A stretch of 64,000 bases of DNA from NCBI GenBank assembly GCA_963709325.1, contig CAVPVV010000003.1, forward strand, positions 1,391,110-1,455,109, read 5' to 3'. The notes under the pieces were generated by a model. It made no database searches. It saw nothing but the letters and a program-made list of their open reading frames with translations, and was not told where the DNA came from. A program made the position numbers and the translations under genes. How positions within the stretch are numbered: position 1 is the first letter of the stretch; each line of letters opens with the position of its first letter. The DNA comes from an uncultured Acidobacteriota bacterium. Lineage in GTDB: Bacteria > Acidobacteriota > Vicinamibacteria > Vicinamibacterales > UBA2999. Positions 58,578 to 64,000 of the stretch are shown here, one piece after another.

Positions 58578-59339
58578 ATGACTTCGTTTCGGAACCGCTT
58601 CGCGCGCCGCGATGTGCTGATCGGCACGTTCATCAAGACGCCGACGACCCACGCCACCGAGATTCTCGGCACCCTCGGCTTCGACTTCGTCGTCATCGAC
58701 GAAGAACATGCGCCATTCGATCGCGCCCAGACCGACGTCCTCCTGCTCGCGGCACGGGCGTCGAATCTCGCCGGACTCGTGCGCGTCCCCTCGGCCGCAC
58801 CCGAGGGGCTGTTGTCCGTGCTCGACTGTGGGGCGAGCGGCGTGCTGGTACCGCACGTCAAGAGCCCCGACATGGCGCGACAGATCGTCGCCGCGTGCCG
58901 GTATCGCGGCGGATCTCGCGGATTCTCGGCTTCATCTCGCGCTGGGCGCTATGGCGGCCTGGCGATGTGGGACCACGTCGAGGCGGCCGACGCCGGAGTT
59001 GCCGTGATCGCGATGATCGAAGACCCGGAGGCCGTGGAGCACATCGATGCCATCCTTGCCGTCGAGGGACTGGATGGCATCTTCATCGGCCGTGGCGACC
59101 TCACGGTCGCGTGCAACGCGCCAACCCGGGACGCGCCGAGCATTCAGGAGGCCATCGCCCGGATCATGGCCGGAGCGACCAAGACCGGAAAGCCGGTCTG
59201 TATTCTGGCCGACGGGCTGGCCGAGGCGAAGGCCTTTGCGGCGCTGGGCGCCACAGCCTTCATCGTGGCCTCCGATCAGGCCTTCATGAAGAAGGCCGCG
59301 CACGCGGCAGCGACCGAGTTCGCAACGTTGAGAAAGTAG
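58578..59339 (+). CDS. HpcH/HpaI class II aldolase
   Basis: FVVIDEEH, VRVP, LDCGA.GVLVPHV, AMIED and FIGRGDL motifs. Confidence 0.9.
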   Translation: MTSFRNRFARRDVLIGTFIKTPTTHATEILGTLGFDFVVIDEEHAPFDRAQTDVLLLAARASNLAGLVRVPSAAPEGLLSVLDCGASGVLVPHVKSPDMARQIVAACRYRGGSRGFSASSRAGRYGGLAMWDHVEAADAGVAVIAMIEDPEAVEHIDAILAVEGLDGIFIGRGDLTVACNAPTRDAPSIQEAIARIMAGATKTGKPVCILADGLAEAKAFAALGATAFIVASDQAFMKKAAHAAATEFATLRK

Positions 59340-59352
59340 AGGACCTGCCCCC

Positions 59353-60261
59353 ATGTTCCACGCCAGCGACCCTCGAGCACGCCTCGCGCGGTCCGATGCC
59401 GGGACGGTGAGTGCGACCCGTTTCGCCGCCGCCAGCTACGCTCGCTTCTACGCCGAGGAACCTCAGGTCGAGACCGACCGGGAGCGAACGTGGCTCGCCC
59501 GCGGCTGCAACTTCGTCGTCGCCTACTCGATGGTGGAGGCGGGCGCCGTGCTCGAGCGCCCGGCGCAGGTCGACGAGTATTGCCTGATTCTGCCCGACGC
59601 GACGGGCGGCGTGACGATCACCGCGGGTCCCGACACGAGGCCGGTGGCTCCGTTCTCGGTGGCGTTCATTCCGCCAGGAGCGAGCCGGATTGACGTCACC
59701 GGACGCGGCCGCCTGATCCGGGTCTTCTCTTCGCAATCCCGGGATCTGATTCAGGCCTGCAGCAATGCCGCCGACTTCGACGAGCCGCAACCGCATGTGG
59801 CACCGTTCAGGCCGTGGCCCGCCCCCGCGGAGTGGACGATTCGCAGCTATTCTCTGGACGTCGGCTCGCAGTCGGGCCGCTTCGGGCGGATCTTCCGCTG
59901 TTCGACGGTGATGATCAATTTCCTCGACCCGCGCATCGGCCTGCGCGACATCACCAAACTGTCGCCCCATCACCACGCCGACTTCGAGCAGGGCTCGCTG
60001 GTGATCGACGGCGCGTTCGTTCACGATATCCGCTGGCCCTGGGTTCCCGACATGCGAGCCTGGCGCAATGACGAGCACGAGCTGCTGGCCGCGCCATCAC
60101 TGACCGTCATCCCGCCGCCGGCCATCCATACCTCGCGCTCGGTGGTGCCGGGCTTCAATCAGCTGATCGATATCTTCTCGCCACCGAGGGCCGACTTCTC
60201 GAAGCAGGCCGGCTGGGTACTGAACGCCGTCGACTACCCCGTGCCCTCCGACATCGCCTGA
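59353..60261 (+). CDS. Hypothetical cupin-like metalloprotein
   Basis: SPHHHADFEQ and VIPPPAIHTS resemble cupin metal motifs; lies in operon. Confidence 0.6.
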   Translation: MFHASDPRARLARSDAGTVSATRFAAASYARFYAEEPQVETDRERTWLARGCNFVVAYSMVEAGAVLERPAQVDEYCLILPDATGGVTITAGPDTRPVAPFSVAFIPPGASRIDVTGRGRLIRVFSSQSRDLIQACSNAADFDEPQPHVAPFRPWPAPAEWTIRSYSLDVGSQSGRFGRIFRCSTVMINFLDPRIGLRDITKLSPHHHADFEQGSLVIDGAFVHDIRWPWVPDMRAWRNDEHELLAAPSLTVIPPPAIHTSRSVVPGFNQLIDIFSPPRADFSKQAGWVLNAVDYPVPSDIA

Positions 60262-60294
60262 CGTCGCAATCCACCAACAACGCAGGAGCATCAC

Positions 60295-61257
60295 ATGGCG
60301 TCGAACACTCCATCGGAACTCGACCACGAGGTCTCACGCCTCCTGCAGGGGGCAGTGGACCTGCATTGCCATAGCGGTCCGGCGGCGATGCCCCGGATCC
60401 TCGATCATCACGAGGCGATGCTCGACGCGGCGGCGGCCGGGTTCCGAGCGCTGGTCTACAAGGACCATTTCTACCTGGGCAGCGCGCACGCGCGAATCCT
60501 CGAGAAGCTGTTTCCGGAGACGAATCTCCGTCTGTTCTCCGGGCTCGTCCTCAACAACGCCTCGGGCGGCTTCAATCCGCACGCGGTGGACCACTGCATC
60601 AAGATGGGCGGGAAGATCGTCTGGCTCCCGACCTTGTCGGCCGCCAATCACCTCGCCGCCGTCGCCTCCGGTGCCGCAGCCACGTTCCCGTCGACGGCGA
60701 AGAAGATGATCCCGGCGGATCCGTTGAGCGCGCTCGACAGCGATGGGCGAGTGATCGATCCGCTGAAGCGCATCCTCGATCTCATCGCCGCCGACGACGT
60801 CATCCTGGCCGGCGGCCATCTCGCGGCCGACGAGCTGATCGCCGTCTTCGAGGAAGCACGCCGCCGCGGCGTCAAGAAGCTGCTCGTCAACCATCCGACC
60901 TACATCGTGCGCTGCAGCGATGACGACATCCGCGCCCTGGTCGCGCTCGGCGCCTGCATCGAGCACTCGGTGTGCATGTTCGTCGAGGGGCGATCGAAGA
61001 AATACAGCAGCGCAGACCTCGATCGGCTCATCAAGCTGGCTGGGGTCGATCGCACGATCCTGTCTTCCGATCTCGGGTTGGTCGGCTCTCCGCGTCCGAT
61101 CGAGGGCTTCCGCGCCATCGTCAAGCAACTGCTGGAGCTGCAGTATGCCGAAGCCGATATCCGCACCCTGACCGGCGATCACGCGGCACGTCTGCTCGAC
61201 CTCGACTCCGTCGCCGTCGAAACGGGCGCGGCGGAGGTCAGGCGTCGTATTTCATAG
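60295..61257 (+). CDS. DUF6282-like amidohydrolase-superfamily metalloprotein
   Basis: DLHCHSGP, KDH, VWLPT, GHL, VNHP and SSDLG motifs; SD AGGAG. Confidence 0.78.
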   Translation: MASNTPSELDHEVSRLLQGAVDLHCHSGPAAMPRILDHHEAMLDAAAAGFRALVYKDHFYLGSAHARILEKLFPETNLRLFSGLVLNNASGGFNPHAVDHCIKMGGKIVWLPTLSAANHLAAVASGAAATFPSTAKKMIPADPLSALDSDGRVIDPLKRILDLIAADDVILAGGHLAADELIAVFEEARRRGVKKLLVNHPTYIVRCSDDDIRALVALGACIEHSVCMFVEGRSKKYSSADLDRLIKLAGVDRTILSSDLGLVGSPRPIEGFRAIVKQLLELQYAEADIRTLTGDHAARLLDLDSVAVETGAAEVRRRIS

Positions 61258-61311
61258 AGCGGCATTGACGCTCCAGCGCGCTCGGGACCAGAGCCACCAC
61301 AAGGAAGGGCG

Positions 61312-62632
61312 ATGGATCGATCGTTGACGCCTCAGCAGGAAGCGACGATGGCACGCATCGTCTGGCGGCTGATGCCGCTGTTGATGCTCGTCTACCTGAT
61401 GGCGGTCATCGATCGCGCCAACGTGAGCTTCGCCAAGCTGCAGATGGTCAAGGACCTCGGCATGTCCGAGACCACGTACGGACTCGCAGCGTCCCTGTTC
61501 TTCATCGGCTACCTGGTGTTCGAAGTTCCCTCCACGCTCGCCCTCAATCGGTTCGGCGCCCGACTCTGGCTGGCCCGCATCCTGATCTCCTGGGGAGCCG
61601 TCACCGTGGCCCTCGCATTCACCTCCTCGCATGCGATGTTCACGGTCCTTCGCTTCCTCCTCGGCGTGGCCGAGGCCGGCGCCTACCCGGGCATCGTGTT
61701 CTTCACGACGCTCTGGTTCCCGCAGGCGCAACGCGCGCGGGTCATGGCCATCGTCACCCTCGGCAGCGCGTTCGGCAACATGTTCGGCTCGCTGCTCTCC
61801 GGACCCCTCCTCGACCTCGACGGCGCGCTCGGCCTCGCCGGCTGGCAATGGATCTTCCTCGCCACGGGCGTGCCCGCGGTTCTCATCGGCATCGCCGCCT
61901 ACTTCTTCCTGATCGACGAGCCGGCGAAGGCCACGTTCCTGTCCGACGACGAGAAGACCTGGCTGCTGGGCGTTCTCGAGCGGGAAACAGCCGAGAAGGC
62001 CGATCACGGTTCAATCTGGCAGGTGCTGTGGGACGTTCGGGTGCTCGTGCTCTCGGCCGTCTACACGCTGATACTCACAGCGCTGTACGGAGTGATCTAT
62101 TGGACGCCGACGGTGGTGAAGGCGTTCGGCGTCACCGGCACGCAGAATGGCCTGCTGAGCGCGCTTCCGTGGGCCCTTGCCGCCATCCTCCTGCTGATTG
62201 TGCCCCGCCGGATCCGCAACCACGACACCGCGCTTACGCAGCATGGCCGTGCTGTCGGGAATCGGCGTGATCGCGTTCCTGGCGAGCACGATGGTGAGCG
62301 CGAATTGGATGCGCCTCGTCGCGATGGCCATCGGGACACCCTGCATTTCACTGCTGCTGCCCAGCTTCTGGACCTTGCCATCGCGATTTCTGAGCGGCGC
62401 CAGGGCGGCAACCGGTATCGCGGCAATCTCCAGCCTCGCCAATCTCGGCGGGTTTGCGGCTCAGAACCTGATGCCGCTCGCGGCGGAATGGGGCGGCTCC
62501 CCGGCCGCGGCGATGATCGTGCCGACCATCTGTCTTGGCCTCCTGGTGACCGGCGTCGTCGCGGCAAAGGCGCGCGCCATCGGTGCCGCTCCGCAAGGCA
62601 GGATTCCGCGTCCGACCGGCATCGGTCGGTAA
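61312..62632 (+). CDS. MFS transporter, anion:cation symporter type (frameshift near 62240)
   Basis: DRANVSFA, FFIGYLVFEVPS, RFLLGVAEAG..PG, GWQWIF and ANLGGF motifs. Confidence 0.9.
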
Positions 62633-62784
62633 CGCTTCTTGCAGCCTTCGGGACCGCGCACATCCACGACCGCGGAGGCCTGCGCGTCGGAGCTTGGAGA
62701 TGATCTCCTTCGAAAGCCACGCGACCCAACCCGAGAGCGCTATCCAGATGCTTGGTCGAGGTCCATCTGGTGTTTTGTCAGCCC

Positions 62785-62866
62785 GCCTAACGTCCGCGCT
62801 GAGCCGCGCGGCCCCGCGCCAGAGGACCACGGACAGCAGTCGCGTCGGCTCCAGCGCAGGTTAGAC
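62785..62866 (-). mobile_element. Integron attC site (82 bp)
   Basis: Minus strand GTCTAAC (RYYYAAC)...GCGCTGGAGCCGACGCG...CGCGCGGCTCAGCGC...GTTAGGC (GTTRRRY); imperfect palindrome with unpaired bases on the left arm. Confidence 0.85.
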
Positions 62867-62964
62867 CTGAATGCGCTTTGAGAGGAATCATCAACCGGCG
62901 GTGCAGGCCAATGCCTGCAACCCGAAGTGCACCCCTTGACCAATCCGATCGACGGGAGGACTGC

Positions 62965-63243
62965 CTATTTGCCGAACACCTTGGCCGCGGCTTCTGCTGC
63001 CTGGGCATCTTCGATGACCGCATTCAGTTCGATATCAATCAGGTCGCCCCAGTTGTTCACATGCTCGGCGAGGGCGGTCATATCGTTTGTTTCCAGGACG
63101 TGCCAGCCCAGAACCGAGCCGGGCACGTGATACCGCGCAACCTGTTCCACTCCTTTGGGCGGCGGACCGCCGGTTTCAAGGAACTGCTGAAACGCCGCCT
63201 TGTAGAGGCCGGGGCGCGTTCGCCACGTAAGCATGAATTTCAC
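62965..63243 (-). CDS. DUF3303-like small protein (cassette cargo)
   Basis: SD AAGGAG; MKFMLTW...FLETGGPPPKGV....RYH...W pattern; lies between two attC sites. Confidence 0.8.
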   Translation of the reverse strand: MKFMLTWRTRPGLYKAAFQQFLETGGPPPKGVEQVARYHVPGSVLGWHVLETNDMTALAEHVNNWGDLIDIELNAVIEDAQAAEAAAKVFGK

Positions 63244-63553
63244 GGGAACACTCTCCTTCTTTCATATGAGCTGTAGAGCGGACGTCGCAGCCTACCACGC
63301 CACGGCATTGGTCTTGATTCGATCCGGTGCCAACCGCCATCGAGCGTGAGCATTTCCGCGCGCTTCCCTGCCCGCTGTCGGGGCTTGCCGCAGAGGCCGC
63401 AGCCAAGCCTGGCCGAGCGGGCAAAGGGTGACACGCCAGCCGACCTGCCCGATCACAACGACGCCTCGAAGTTGACCCTCCCGTCGAATCGGGCTCCATC
63501 GGCAGCCGACGCGTAGCGATAGATCCGGTCTTCGATCCGCTCTTGGTTGAGAG

Positions 63554-63627
63554 GTCTAACGACCGCGGTTCAGCCGCGGCGGCTCAGGATCGCACCAGCC
63601 GCCGTCGACTGCAACCGCTGGTTAGGC
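63554..63627 (-). mobile_element. Integron attC site (74 bp)
   Basis: Minus strand GCCTAAC cAGCGGTTGCAGTCGACGGCGGCT...AGCCGCCGCGGCTGAACCGCggtc GTTAGAC. Confidence 0.88.
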
Positions 63628-63673
63628 GGGCAACGCAGCCGTTGGTTCGGCGGGATGATGAAGGATGCGCGCA

Positions 63674-64000
63674 TCAGCGTACCCGCTTCCAGCGCAAGCG
63701 ATACACCCGCGGTTCGCCAGTCTCGAGTTGCTGCGGGGGCGTGCTCAGATCCAAGCGGTCGCCGGAGAGCGTGAAAAAACGCTTCAGATCGGTACCGACT
63801 TCGTACGGTCGCAAGCTGCCCTGGATGTGGTGAGTGACGAACCCCTCCTTGTCGTCGACCTCGAACCGGCCGTAATAGGCGTAGTAACTGTCGAAAGCTT
63901 CTCTCCGCGCCTCGGGTGTCAGCTCCCGCGATTGCTTCGCGGCCCGCGGGTCGCGCATGAACTGCACCGACACAAATCCTGTCGCGTCATAACTGAGATA
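63674..64000 (-). CDS. Lipocalin-like domain protein, 3' part (probable cassette cargo)
   Basis: YLSYDATGFVSVQFM, YYAYYGRFEVD, VTHH and LRWKR motifs; stop 46 nt before the attC. Confidence 0.8.
   Translation of the reverse strand, partial: YLSYDATGFVSVQFMRDPRAAKQSRELTPEARREAFDSYYAYYGRFEVDDKEGFVTHHIQGSLRPYEVGTDLKRFFTLSGDRLDLSTPPQQLETGEPRVYRLRWKRVR

Overview
High-GC chromosomal window. Gene content and repeat types suggest an acidobacterium of the Vicinamibacterales type (inference, not verified). Many genes, including secF and lptD, are split by single-base frameshifts that look like assembly indels. 1-36 kb is mostly housekeeping: tonB-exbB-exbD-exbD, membrane pyrophosphatase, tgt-yajC-secD-secF-uppP, ddl, HEAT/cyclophilin, OSBS/NAAAR, accD-folC-lptD-rfbB, radical SAM, M20 peptidase, TPP riboswitch-thiC, pncAB, hrpB and an M23 peptidase. 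36-64 kb is accessory. Main findings: (1) two tandem 18-aa Lys/Ala micro-genes missed by the ORF track, with their own promoter, structured leader, SD sites and terminator (13.7-14.2 kb); (2) a predicted D-arabinan/D-arabinose utilisation locus (FucI-like isomerase, ribulokinase, ABC transporter, GH172/DUF2961, GH116; 41.8-56.3 kb); (3) two attC sites bounding an integron-type cassette at the right end; (4) 7-, 8- and 9-mer tandem arrays placed in sense orientation just after stop codons, some reused as signal peptides or SD sites; (5) an orphan aldolase-cupin-amidohydrolase-MFS operon.
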